The position numbers and the translations under genes are program-made. The notes under the pieces were generated by a model, which saw nothing but the letters and a program-made list of their open reading frames with translations, ran no database searches and was not told the origin of the DNA. Source: a virus (lineage: Duplodnaviria; Caudoviricetes). From it: DNA of 64,000 bases. Location of the stretch: positions 12,264-76,263 of the IMG/VR virus record IMGVR_UViG_2814123293_000008. The stretch is one strand, 5' to 3'. This document shows, piece by piece, positions 43,954-54,900 of the stretch. Each line of letters opens with the position of its first letter. The first letter of the stretch is position 1.

Positions 43954-46900
43954 ATGAAAGCATTGAAAAAGCCTTTGTCCCTGTTCCTGGCGTTTCTGAT
44001 GTGTTTTGGAGTGTTCGCCGGAACGGGCGTCACGGCCTTTGCCGCAGGCGAAACCATGACCACCTATATGGTGGATATTCCCCGTGCCAGCGATCCCAAT
44101 AAAGCCGGATGGGGCCACTCTGACATGAGCTTTCTGGGCGGCTGGTCTGCGCAGGCCAATGACAGTTTTTCTGTTCATACACAGGACGCTTACAACGGCA
44201 AGGCCATCTATTGCATTGAGCCTGGTATCGGTGTGAAAACCGGCGACCAGTACACGGGCCGGGGCGAGGATTTCTGGGACAACTATCCGTCCCATCTGAA
44301 CCCCACCATTCCGCCCAGCACCATCAAGGAATATATCGGACGGATCATGACCTACGGCTGGCAGGGCAACGCCGATACTTCGTGGAACAGCAACAATCCC
44401 GATGATGCCAATGAGATGGCGGGCTATATCGCTACCCAGCTTCTTGTTTGGGAAACGGTTGTCGGTGAGCGTGATAGCCAGTTTAACCATGTGGATGCCA
44501 ATGCTCAGGGGAAAAACAACGTGGCCGAATATATCAGCAGCAGTCATCCGCTGCGCAGCCAGATTTTCAGCCAGTATTCCGCCATTGAGAGCGCCGTAAA
44601 GCGCCACACCATGCTGCCCAGCTTTTTCAGCGGTTCCCCGGATGCTAGAGCTTATGAACTGAAATGGGATGGCGAGAAGTATTCCGTTACCCTGACGGAC
44701 ACCAACAATGTGCTGGGTGATTACACCTTTACCAGCAGCACCACCGGCCTGAACTTTTCGGTGGACGGCAACCAGCTTACCATCACATCCAATCAGGCCA
44801 TCAAAGGTTCTGTGACGGTGAAAGCGGAGAAGATCACCGCCCAGCGCAGCGGCGTTGTGGTCTGGACGGACGGTGTAACCGGTGGTGGTACGCAGGACTT
44901 CGCCACCTATGGAGCTACCGTTTCCGACCAGATGGTGGGCTATCTCAATTTGGAAGTCAAAACCGGCAACATGAAGCTGATCAAAACTTCCGAGGACGGC
45001 AAAGTAGAGGGCATCTCCTTCACGATCACCGGCGAGGGATACAGCGCCACCAAGACCACCAATTCGGCGGGCGAAATCGACATCACCGACCTCAATCCCG
45101 GTGTTTATACCGTCACCGAGCAGGCCATCGACAAATACGAACCCCAGGCTACTCAGCGCGTGACCATCGTCAGCGGCCAGACGGCCACCGTGAACTTTAA
45201 CAACGTGCTGAAGCGCGGCAGTCTGGAGGTCACAAAGACCAGCGAGGACGGTTTGGTGGAGGGAATGACCTTCCATCTCTATGGAACTTCTCTTTCCGGC
45301 CTGCCGGTGGATGAATACGCTGTGACCGACTCCAGCGGTGTGGCAAGGTTTGAAAACGTCCTCATCGGCTCCGACTTCGTGCTGGAGGAGGTTGATACGC
45401 CGATTCGCTATGTGGTGCCGGAGGCTCAGAGTGCCACGATTGCCTGGAACGAAGTCACAAACAAGAGCGTGAACAATGTGCTGAAAAAGTTCCGTGTCAC
45501 AGTAACTAAGAGCGATGTGGAAACCGGCGCGCCCCAGGGCGACGGTTCTCTTGCCGGAGCCACCTATGGGCTTTATAAGGGCGACACCCTTATCGACAGC
45601 TATACCACCGATGAGAACGGTCAGTTTACCACGGATTATTATATCTGTGATTCCGACTGGACGATTCGTGAAATCAACCCCAGCGAGGGGTATCTGCTGG
45701 ATTCCACTATTCACAAGGTAGGTGCGGAGCCGGAACTGTATGAGATCGAGCTGAACGACACCGCCAATGATGTGACTGAACAGGTTATCAAAGGCGACAT
45801 CGCCATCATCAAGCATACCGACGACGGAGAAACCCAGATCGAAACCCCGGAAGTCGGTGCGGAGTTCCAGATTTATCTCAAGGCGGCAGGCAGCTATGAC
45901 GCTGCAAAGGAATCTGAGCGCGACGTTCTCACCTGTGACGAGAATGGCTTTGCACAGTCCAAAAAGCTGCCCTATGGAACCTATATTGTCCACCAGACAA
46001 AAGGCTGGGAAGGCCGAGAGCTGATGGACGATTTTGAAGTGTATATCGCTCAGGACGGCCAGACCTACCGCTATCTCATCAACAACGCCAACTTTGAGAG
46101 CTTCATCAAGGTGGTCAAGGTGGATGCGGAAACTGGTGTTACCATCCCCTATGCAGGAGCCGGGTTCCAGATTTATCGTCCCGATGGCAGCAAGGTGGAA
46201 ATGACCTTCACCTATCCTACGCCCACAACCATCGACACGTTCTATACCAATGCTGAAGGATATTTGGTAACACCCGAAAAGCTGGAGTATGGCTCCGGGT
46301 ACTCTTTGGTAGAGGTACAGGCTCCCTATGGTTATGTGCTGGACAGCACACCGGTGTACTTTGATGTGACCGAGGACGCTTCCAGCGAGGAAGGCGGCGT
46401 GACGGTCATTAAAGTCACTAAGCCCAATATGGCACAGAAAGGCGTCATCAAGGTCAGCAAAACCGGCGAGGTGTTCTCCACCGTCACAGAATCCAACGGA
46501 GTATATCAGCCGGTGTATGACGTAACCGGCCTGTCTGGTGCGGTGTTTGAAATCACAGCGCTGGAGGACGTTTATACGCTGGATGGTACGCTGCGTTATT
46601 CTGCGGGCGAGGTGGTGGACACCATTACCACCGGCGAGGATGGCACAGCCCAGAGCCAGCCTCTCTATTTGGGCAAGTTCCAGGTGAAGGAAATCGAGTT
46701 CCCCCACGGCATGGTGGATACCGGTGAGAATGTCACCAATGTTGAGCTGGTGTATGCAGGCCAGGAGGTAGAGATCACCGAAACTTCCGCCAGCTTCTAC
46801 AACCAGCGCCAGAAAGCACAGGTCACTCTGAATAAGCTGCTGGAGCAGGATGAAGCCTTCGGCATTGGTGTGAATGGCGAGATTTCCGCCGTCACCTTTG

Positions 46901-48183
46901 GCCTGTATGCACAGCAGGATATTCCCGCAGCGGACGGTTCTGTGATTCCGGCAGACGGGCTTCTGGAGATCGTTTCGGTGGCTGAGAACGGTCAGGCCGT
47001 TTGTGCTACTGACCTTCCCTTTGGCAGCTTCTATCTGAAGGAACTGTCCACGGACAGTCATTATCTGCTGAATGGCGAAACCTTCCCGTTCACCTTTGAA
47101 TACGGCGGGCCGTCCGTTGCTGTGGTGGAGATTACTGCAAACGACGGCGAGGCCATCACCAACGAGCTGATTCGCGGTGAAATCCACGGCCTCAAAACAG
47201 ACGAGAATGGCGCTGGCCTGGGTGGGGCTGTGATTGGCCTGTTCAAGTCTGATGAAAGCGAATTTACCGCAGAAAATACCATTGCCACCGCCACCTCTGC
47301 GGACGACGGCAGCTTCTCCTTTACCGATGTGCCGTATGGAAATTGGGTGCTAAAAGAGCTGGAAAGCCCGGAGGGATTCGTCCTCTCCGATGAGGTTATT
47401 TCCGTTACCATCGAGGAAGATGGGCAGGTTGTGGAAATCTCCTTTGCCAACGAGCGCGTTTATGGCGACCTGCGCCTTACCAAAGTGGATAAGGATTACC
47501 CGGACAACAAGCTGACCGGTGCCGAGTTTGAGGTGTACCGTGATACCAATGGTAACAAGGAGCTGGACGAGGGCGACGAACTGCTGGGCAAGCTGGAGGA
47601 AACCAGCACCGGTATCTATGAGATGTCCCATATCCTCTACGGCGGTGTGTTCGTGAAGGAAACCAAAGCGCCGGAGGGCTACCTGTTGGATGAAAACGCC
47701 TACTATGTGGAGATTGTTGAGAACGGCAAAATTTACGAAGTGGAAAATGAAGCTGGAAAGGGCTTTGTCAATGCGGCACAGACCGGCTCCCTGCGGATCG
47801 AAAAGACATCCAGCGACGGCAAGGTGGAAGGGTTCTCCTTCCGCGTGACGGGTGCCAATGGTTATGACCAGACATTCAAGACCGACAGCACCGGCAAGAT
47901 TGAGATCACCGGACTGCGCGTGGGCGATTACACCGTATCGGAGGTATCGGACAATGCCAGCGCTAACTATGTGCTGCCTGCTGATAAGACGGTGACGATC
48001 TTTTCGGATAAGACCACCGTTGCACAGATGCACAACGAACTGCGCGACACCCCGAAAACCGGTGATGAGAGCAAACCGTGGCTATGGATGACCCTAATGG
48101 GCGTATCTGCCGCCGGAGCCGCTGTTCTGGGGATTGCGGCCTATGTGAGCAAGCGCCGGAAGGACGAAGAATCCGCTGAATAA
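43954..48183 (+). CDS. Sortase-anchored adhesin with N-terminal thioester domain and SpaA/CnaB repeats
   Basis: Signal peptide; YCIEP and TQLLVW TED motifs; repeated KT(S/D)...G..F..Y domains; TPKTG-TM-KRRK tail. Confidence 0.9.
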   Translation: MKALKKPLSLFLAFLMCFGVFAGTGVTAFAAGETMTTYMVDIPRASDPNKAGWGHSDMSFLGGWSAQANDSFSVHTQDAYNGKAIYCIEPGIGVKTGDQYTGRGEDFWDNYPSHLNPTIPPSTIKEYIGRIMTYGWQGNADTSWNSNNPDDANEMAGYIATQLLVWETVVGERDSQFNHVDANAQGKNNVAEYISSSHPLRSQIFSQYSAIESAVKRHTMLPSFFSGSPDARAYELKWDGEKYSVTLTDTNNVLGDYTFTSSTTGLNFSVDGNQLTITSNQAIKGSVTVKAEKITAQRSGVVVWTDGVTGGGTQDFATYGATVSDQMVGYLNLEVKTGNMKLIKTSEDGKVEGISFTITGEGYSATKTTNSAGEIDITDLNPGVYTVTEQAIDKYEPQATQRVTIVSGQTATVNFNNVLKRGSLEVTKTSEDGLVEGMTFHLYGTSLSGLPVDEYAVTDSSGVARFENVLIGSDFVLEEVDTPIRYVVPEAQSATIAWNEVTNKSVNNVLKKFRVTVTKSDVETGAPQGDGSLAGATYGLYKGDTLIDSYTTDENGQFTTDYYICDSDWTIREINPSEGYLLDSTIHKVGAEPELYEIELNDTANDVTEQVIKGDIAIIKHTDDGETQIETPEVGAEFQIYLKAAGSYDAAKESERDVLTCDENGFAQSKKLPYGTYIVHQTKGWEGRELMDDFEVYIAQDGQTYRYLINNANFESFIKVVKVDAETGVTIPYAGAGFQIYRPDGSKVEMTFTYPTPTTIDTFYTNAEGYLVTPEKLEYGSGYSLVEVQAPYGYVLDSTPVYFDVTEDASSEEGGVTVIKVTKPNMAQKGVIKVSKTGEVFSTVTESNGVYQPVYDVTGLSGAVFEITALEDVYTLDGTLRYSAGEVVDTITTGEDGTAQSQPLYLGKFQVKEIEFPHGMVDTGENVTNVELVYAGQEVEITETSASFYNQRQKAQVTLNKLLEQDEAFGIGVNGEISAVTFGLYAQQDIPAADGSVIPADGLLEIVSVAENGQAVCATDLPFGSFYLKELSTDSHYLLNGETFPFTFEYGGPSVAVVEITANDGEAITNELIRGEIHGLKTDENGAGLGGAVIGLFKSDESEFTAENTIATATSADDGSFSFTDVPYGNWVLKELESPEGFVLSDEVISVTIEEDGQVVEISFANERVYGDLRLTKVDKDYPDNKLTGAEFEVYRDTNGNKELDEGDELLGKLEETSTGIYEMSHILYGGVFVKETKAPEGYLLDENAYYVEIVENGKIYEVENEAGKGFVNAAQTGSLRIEKTSSDGKVEGFSFRVTGANGYDQTFKTDSTGKIEITGLRVGDYTVSEVSDNASANYVLPADKTVTIFSDKTTVAQMHNELRDTPKTGDESKPWLWMTLMGVSAAGAAVLGIAAYVSKRRKDEESAE

Positions 48184-48219
48184 TACAGCGGTCAAAATTT
48201 GTGACAGGAGGAATTGACT

Positions 48220-48309
48220 ATGGAATTGAAAACCATCATTGCGGTAGGATTGGTACTCTTTATTCTCGGCGGCCTGATCTTTCTCAAGATCAAAAGCCAG
48301 AAGAAGTAA
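48220..48309 (+). CDS. 29-aa single-pass membrane micropeptide
   Basis: AGGAGG SD; MELKTIIAVGLVLFILGGLIFLKIKSQKK; followed by a GC-rich hairpin. Confidence 0.7.
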   Translation: MELKTIIAVGLVLFILGGLIFLKIKSQKK

Positions 48310-48375
48310 TCCAGCGGGGGCGGCTTTGAGGGGCCGCCCCTTTACATTTCCCAAAAAGAAAGGAGCGTGATTGCG

Positions 48376-48618
48376 ATGAGAGAACGATTTGAACAACGGT
48401 TATTCCGTATCTTTGCCCAGGCGGGATATTCGCTGGTGCAGCTTTTAACGATCACCCCGGAAGAAATGGTGGAGATTCCCGGTATCACCGTCCCCAATAT
48501 CCGGGCGGTGCTTTGTGTTCAGAACAAAGTGCTTGCGGATCGGAACAAGGTTCGCAGTGGCAAGCTGGTAGAGGCACTTTTGAAGGAGGCAGAGGAAAGC
48601 GGGTGTTGCCATGAGTGA
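48376..48618 (+). CDS. Hypothetical ICE protein
   Basis: SD; coupled ORF. Confidence 0.7.
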   Translation: MRERFEQRLFRIFAQAGYSLVQLLTITPEEMVEIPGITVPNIRAVLCVQNKVLADRNKVRSGKLVEALLKEAEESGCCHE

Positions 48619-48847
48619 ACTGCATCTGCTGGACATCCTTGCAGCACGGCGAGGGTGCTTTATCTCAGACCTGAATCTTTCTCCTATTCTGCGGAGGGCG
48701 GCCCTTTTAGACCTGTGCAGGATGGAAACAAACAAATTTCCTCTCTCTCAATGGCAGGATACCGTGCGATACCTGACGGGTATTGAGAAGGACTTTGCAT
48801 CCATCGAGGAAATCAAAGCATTTTTGCGAAATGAGGTGAAGTTATGA
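48611..48847 (+). CDS. Hypothetical ICE protein
   Basis: Coupled ORF. Confidence 0.7.
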   Translation: MSELHLLDILAARRGCFISDLNLSPILRRAALLDLCRMETNKFPLSQWQDTVRYLTGIEKDFASIEEIKAFLRNEVKL

Positions 48848-49470
48848 AAGATGAAACACATAGGCGTATGGCTGGTGACTATGAGATCATCCAGGCCATC
48901 CACATCGGTGACAGAGAAATCGTTTTGGGAGAAAAAATCCAGGATGAAAGCGTTGAGAAATATATGTGTGCCTTCTGTCAGCAGAATGAGTTATTTGCGG
49001 CATACAGCGAGGTCATGTGCAGCGACAACTATGCGGAGATAGTAAAGATGTTCGGTGAGCGCGTCACCGAGCAGGCCGAGAAAACCCGTGTGGCAATGAA
49101 CAAGCCGAAAATACAGGGCATTGATGACCGCCCTATCACAGCCAGCGATTGTACCGTAGCGTCCTACGAGGACGACTTGAATAACAAGATCGTGGTCATC
49201 AAGCCGGAAGTGCTGCGCCGGGAGTACCGCAGGGCCACTTGCCAGTTAAAGCTCTGCACAGGCGGCTTTGGTGCTTACCCTCGCAGCCGTGGTTCAGCCT
49301 GCTTCTGCATCGACCTCTATACCGGAAAAGAGAGCCGGTATGAGCGGATGGACATTCTCGGCATCATGGAACCGGAGAAACTGCCCGGATGGGCAAAACA
49401 CGGGCTGCTGACTGTTCAGCAGGAACGGGCGAAAAAAGAACAGCACAAAGGCGAAAAGGAGGCACGATGA
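48844..49470 (+). CDS. Hypothetical ICE leading-region protein
   Basis: Coupled ORF; GGFGA...G.ACF motif. Confidence 0.75.
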   Translation: MKDETHRRMAGDYEIIQAIHIGDREIVLGEKIQDESVEKYMCAFCQQNELFAAYSEVMCSDNYAEIVKMFGERVTEQAEKTRVAMNKPKIQGIDDRPITASDCTVASYEDDLNNKIVVIKPEVLRREYRRATCQLKLCTGGFGAYPRSRGSACFCIDLYTGKESRYERMDILGIMEPEKLPGWAKHGLLTVQQERAKKEQHKGEKEAR

Positions 49471-49473
49471 ACG

Positions 49474-50118
49474 ATGGATGTTCGTATCAATCAAGGATAT
49501 GTCATCACGGATTCCTGTCATGTAGGTGATAGTGAATTTGTTCTGGGGGTTCATTCAACAGCACCCCAGCAGTTTGTAACCTGGAAATGCAAAGATCAGA
49601 CAGATTACTATTGGGGTCACTATTTCAGCACCCTATTTGATGCACAGAAAGATTTAGTAGCACGGGCGCAAGAGGAAGTTCAATGCCTGGAGGAACAACG
49701 GCAGAATACCAGTGTGTATGAAGCACCGGATTATTCCCCCTGGGGAGAAATCCAGACCTGTGAAACCCTCTGCCCTGGCGCGTATTCCGTCAGCACAGCG
49801 GGACATGGCGGCGTTATGGTGCGTCAGGAGCTGGCGGGAAAGGAGTTCCGAAAAGCAGCGCGGGATTGCAGCTTTGTGGAGGGAGCGTGGCTCTGCTACG
49901 AAGAGGATTGTGACGGGCCGCTAGCCCTGCGAGAACTGATGGACAAAAAGATGTATCAGGCTCCCGTCAACCAGTATTTCCGCCCTGGTGAATATGAAGC
50001 AGTCATCAACCGCAGCTTACAGACCTATCATCCCGAATACTGGCAGGCACGGGCAAAGGATTTGAAGGAAAAAGGCCAGCCTTCTATCCAACGAAAAAAG
50101 AATGAGCGTGAACGATAA
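49474..50118 (+). CDS. Hypothetical ICE leading-region protein
   Basis: QFVTW...YYWGHYF and SPWG...STAGHGG...YEED motifs. Confidence 0.75.
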   Translation: MDVRINQGYVITDSCHVGDSEFVLGVHSTAPQQFVTWKCKDQTDYYWGHYFSTLFDAQKDLVARAQEEVQCLEEQRQNTSVYEAPDYSPWGEIQTCETLCPGAYSVSTAGHGGVMVRQELAGKEFRKAARDCSFVEGAWLCYEEDCDGPLALRELMDKKMYQAPVNQYFRPGEYEAVINRSLQTYHPEYWQARAKDLKEKGQPSIQRKKNERER

Positions 50119-51068
50119 TGGAACTGGAAATCATCAGTATGACCCCGCAGGAACGGATGTACTCTTACAGCCAGAGCAGCCAGATCGAGGCCCAGACCGG
50201 CTGTATCGGCCACCTGCGCGGTGATTTTGGTGCTGGCCAAGAGTTTTTCAGCTCATGGTTTGACCACCGTGGAGAGTATAAGACCGACGAGTTCAAAGCG
50301 GAGTTTGATGAAGTGGTCAACAGCCTGCGGAAGAAGGACGGGCTGCTTTTCAGCCGGGACAGCATGACCCGCTATTGTCGGCAACGCCCGGAAGCCGAGA
50401 TGGTGGGCAACTACTGTACCGAGTACGGCTTTAAGCTGAAAACCGACCAGCACACCTATATGTTGCGGTGCAATCCCAATTATGGGGATTATAATTTCTA
50501 CCTCTATGCCTATGTTGGTCGGTTCCTGGAACACCACATGGAAAAGGCCAAGCAGGGCATCCGATTTATCACTCCCGGCTACAAGGAGATTTTTCGCATT
50601 CCGGACGGCGATAGCATCCGCATTTTCACAGGCGGAGGAGGAACCCGTGACCGAACCTGCCGGTTTATCGACGAAACACACTTTGAAACCAGCGGCGACT
50701 ATCCCAGCGCCCTCTATCATATCTGCGAGTTTGCGGAACGTCTGGAGAAAACCCACGGAAGTGTCATTCCTCTGCGTTCTTCTCTACCGCCCAACTGTTT
50801 GAGTATTCTCCCTTCCAGCGGAGAGCTGATTATCATCACACGGGGCGAAAAAGGATATTTGCTCTCGGATATGCAAATTAAAGGAAAATCCAATCAGGAG
50901 GTGGCGGAGATCGCAAACCATGCTGCTGGTGTTACCAAAGCACAGGAAGCTGCAATGCTGGCAGGCTCCATGTTTGGCTGGCAAACGCCCGCCGCTGATC
51001 CTAAAAACTACGATGAGCAGGGCCAGCCCATCCGTCCAAAGCAAAAAGACCGGGGTGATGCCCGATGA
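50118..51068 (+). CDS. Hypothetical ICE leading-region protein
   Basis: GCIGHLRGDF and AMLAGSMFGW motifs. Confidence 0.75.
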   Translation: MELEIISMTPQERMYSYSQSSQIEAQTGCIGHLRGDFGAGQEFFSSWFDHRGEYKTDEFKAEFDEVVNSLRKKDGLLFSRDSMTRYCRQRPEAEMVGNYCTEYGFKLKTDQHTYMLRCNPNYGDYNFYLYAYVGRFLEHHMEKAKQGIRFITPGYKEIFRIPDGDSIRIFTGGGGTRDRTCRFIDETHFETSGDYPSALYHICEFAERLEKTHGSVIPLRSSLPPNCLSILPSSGELIIITRGEKGYLLSDMQIKGKSNQEVAEIANHAAGVTKAQEAAMLAGSMFGWQTPAADPKNYDEQGQPIRPKQKDRGDAR

Positions 51069-51610
51069 ACGAGGATAAACACATTATCTGGAGTAACTAT
51101 GATCTGGATTATGAGGACTGGCGCGGTGATCTGGAAGCAGAATACCCGGAGCTGTCCGAGGATGAGCGTATCTCTCTGATGTATGAAATCAATGGGCATT
51201 ATCTGGATGATGAGCGCATGAACCTCAATGTGCAGCTTTCCCAGCCTATTTTGGTAATCGGTGATCTGGGCTTATGGAACGGACGCCGCATGGGATACAA
51301 GGAGATTCCCAGCGGCAATATCCGTGACTGCCTTTACGGAGATACGGACTACTCCACATGGTATGTAGACCGCCTGGGCGATCTGCGGTGTGATGCCATC
51401 CACCATGACGGCACCAACCATTATCTCTATCGAGTTTATAAGGATGGTGTGCGAGATTCCCAGATTGAACTTCTGAAAGAAAAACTGTATCGCGGCACAG
51501 CGACCCGCGCCGATATAACGAGAGTGACCCGCAGGCTGGGCGACGACATCGCCAAAGTCTACGGGTTTTCCATTCCCCGGCAGCGGCAGGCCGCTACAAT
51601 CGAAAGGTAA
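51065..51610 (+). CDS. Hypothetical ICE protein
   Basis: Coupled ORF; DLGLWNGRR and HHDGTNHYLYR motifs. Confidence 0.75.
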   Translation: MNEDKHIIWSNYDLDYEDWRGDLEAEYPELSEDERISLMYEINGHYLDDERMNLNVQLSQPILVIGDLGLWNGRRMGYKEIPSGNIRDCLYGDTDYSTWYVDRLGDLRCDAIHHDGTNHYLYRVYKDGVRDSQIELLKEKLYRGTATRADITRVTRRLGDDIAKVYGFSIPRQRQAATIER

Positions 51611-51622
51611 GGTGAATACGCA

Positions 51623-51937
51623 ATGGCATATCTGCCACCAGTAAAGTTGGAAACCCATACAAGCTGGTTTGACATTCTGCTTACGGTTCTGCATGAACAC
51701 GCGGAAAGCGATCCCTATGAAGAATATCGGGAGATGGCGCAGCGGCTGATCCAACACTTTATGGCACATGGGCGCTCGTTTACAGACGGCTACCAGAAAG
51801 AATGTGTGAATCTTCGGATGTATCCCAACGAGGCCGCAGACACAATCTGGCTGCTTCTGCTGTCGCTCTCTGGTCATTATTCGGCAGATAAGAACTATCA
51901 CGCCGATTTGCAGCCATACAGAAAGAATAACGAATAA
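51623..51937 (+). CDS. Hypothetical protein
   Basis: ORF with SD-like AAGGTGA. Confidence 0.65.
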   Translation: MAYLPPVKLETHTSWFDILLTVLHEHAESDPYEEYREMAQRLIQHFMAHGRSFTDGYQKECVNLRMYPNEAADTIWLLLLSLSGHYSADKNYHADLQPYRKNNE

Positions 51938-51951
51938 AGGAGGTGCGCCGG

Positions 51952-54900
51952 ATGGCGATTCGATATAAAGCCTTGACGGAGCTGTACCAGGAAACACAGC
52001 GCAAGGTTACAGCTCCGGCAGAATGGCAGCAATTTCTTACGTCTGCTTGCCGTAACTACCGGCTTTCATTTGACGAACAACTGCTTGTCTATGCCCAGCG
52101 CCCGGACGCTACCGCCGTCCTGGAGATCGAGCGATGGAACAAGCGGTTCGGACGCTGGGTGAACCGGGGCGCAAACGGAATTGCCGTATTTGACGGTGAG
52201 CATAGTGGCAAACAGCGACTGAAATACTATTTTGATGTTTCCGATACCCATGAAGGCCGGTTCTCCCGGCCTGTTCCCCTGTGGACGGTACGCTCGGAAT
52301 ATGCGCCGGACATTATCGAGGCATTGGAAAACAGCTTCGGAGAACTGGAGCAGAAGGACAATCTGGGTGCGGCACTTCTCTCTGCGGCAAAAAATGCGGT
52401 AGAGGATAATATCCACGATTATCTTTCTGAGTTGTCCCATCTGACCGAAGGCAGTTTTCTGGAGGAATTGGACGAATACAATGTGGAAGTGATGTACCGG
52501 CGGGCATTGCAGACCAGCATCGGATATATGCTGGTGGTACGCTGCGGCCTTGATCCGTCCGAATACTTTGAGGATGACGATTTTCGGGATGTGCTGAATT
52601 TCAATACACCCGAAACATTGAACGCCCTGGGCGTGGCCGCTGGGGACATCTCTCAGATGTGTCTTTCTGAAATTGCCCGCACGACCCTTGCCCTGCAAAG
52701 ACAACCTCAAAAAGAAAATCGCACGTTTGAAACCGCACAGGAAAACCAGTATCCTGTAACTGAACAGAAAATCAAGCAGCCGGAAAGGAGCATTGAATAT
52801 GACCGAGATCACATACAGCAGACAGGGCAGCTACAACCTGCCGAATCTTCTGCCCCCGCAGGAGCCGGAAGTGGCTCTTGGGAAATACGCATTACTTCGC
52901 CGGAAGTTCCTGAAGGAGAATCGCAGGATCACCTACACCAATCTGCTGACCAGCGGCAAGCTGAACGGCCATCTGGCAGAGATCGAGCAGACGGCACTCT
53001 CCCGGATGGATCAGATGGTGGCGCAGATGGCCAAAACCGAGGGCGTGACGGAGGAACTGAAAGCCCGCGATCCGATGAAGTGGGTGCAACTCATGAACAA
53101 CCTTCGGAACGCAGCGGAGGAAACGATCCTCACGGAGCTGATTTACAGTTAAGCGATACGGAGCAAGCGGACAGCCAGGAGCTGCCCGCTTTTCTTGATG
53201 AAGCGCAGATCATGGCTGTTATCGCCAACAAGGACGACAACCTCAAATACAAAAAGCAGCAGATCGAGCTGTTCTTTTCCGTTCACACCGACCAGCGGGA
53301 ACGGGCGGATTATCTCAAATCCGCCTATCAGGACAGATACACCGAGATCATCGCAGACGGTCAGCGCCTGGGCTATAAGCCGCAGGAGGACGGGCTTCTC
53401 ATGTGGGAGGGTTCCTACCTTTCCCGCACAAAAGAATCGGTGTTCTCCTGGGACTTGGTGGCCGGATGGACAGCACAGCTTATTGACAAAAAGGAATATT
53501 TCATTCAGACGGACATCCGCCAGCTTCCGACCCAGGAGAGCCAGCAGATGTCCCTTTTTGATTTCCCTTCCTTTGGAAGTTCTACTCCATCCGAGGGCGA
53601 GCCGCAGCGTTCTCTCTTTTCGCGTCCGGCGCTTTCTCAGCAGGTCATTGACGAGGCGCTGTGCATTGGAGCCAACGATCAGAACAGCCGCCTTATCATT
53701 TGCGCTTATTTCAAAAAGGATAAGCCGCTGGAGGACAACACCCGGTTCCTGATGGAACACTATGGTGAAAATGGTGCTGGCTTTTATCTGGATAGCCGGA
53801 AGTATTCCATTTGGTACAACACCGAAGGTATCCATGTGGCAGAGGGCGAAACCGCGCAGCGCACAGCAGCCACGCTGATTCCCTGGGAACAGGCAGCCAA
53901 GCGCATCCGGGAATTGCTGGATTTGGGCCGGTATATGCCTCAGAGTGAACTTGACCGGGTAGACGGGTACGAGCGCCAGCAACGAGCCGCCCAGCTATGG
54001 TATCTCAGGCAGGATTTTGCAGAAGGAACCGCCAATGCGGGGTTCCTTCCTACTATTAACGCGATTTACAGCCGTCATAAGGGTTTCCCTGATGAAAGCG
54101 CCGCCATTGAAGAACTGTTAAATAGCCCGGATACGCTCCAAACCGTGAGAGATGAACTGGAGGGATTTATAAAGGCGTATGAGTACGATAAGGAACTTTT
54201 ACGCTTCCGTTTCCATCGTCCTCAAAAGTTGCTGGAACAGATTTCCGACCTGCAACGGGAACCGCTGCACTTTACCGCCGCCGAGGGATATGATCCCCAG
54301 CGGCGTTTCTTTATCTCCGGCGACGAGATCGACAATCTCCTGCGTGGTGGAAAGCGCAGCACGGACTACCGGCTGGCAGTGTACTCCTTTTATCGCAACC
54401 ACTCTGACCGAAAGGAACGAGAAGATTTTTTAAAGCACTATCACGGAGAATACAGCGGATACAGCAGCGGCAACGATGATGTGACCTATCAGCTCAGTAA
54501 AGGTGTCCATTTCAGCCACGGCAGCATGACAGAACCCTATGCTAAGGTGGAGCTGAAATGGAATGCGGTGGAAAAGCGCGTGAGCGCCATGATCGCCCAG
54601 GGGCGGTTTCTGAGTGATGAAGATCGGGCCGCCATGCCTCAATACGAAAAGCACCAGCTCGCACAAAACATCCGAGCCTTCTTTGAGAATGTTCCCCAGG
54701 AGCAGGCCCACCCTTACCCTTATGGCTTCGATTATTGGGATGCAGTAAAGCTCATCGAGCCGCAGCTCGACGACCCGGCCCGCGTGGAAGAAATCTATCA
54801 GATGATGGTTCCAGTCTGGGAGGCCACGCCGCAGGATGATCGGATGTACGCGCTTCGGCAGCGAGCATTTGAGAATTTGACCGCATACCGGCAAGGCACA

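Noticed and set aside
43939-47187. 1082-aa minus-strand ORF opposite the adhesin
   Set aside because: Shadow ORF caused by codon bias; no protein features
53149-53982. 277-aa minus-strand ORF inside the helicase as a second nested gene
   Set aside because: Unlike the TnpV frame, it has no recognisable family motif or convincing SD
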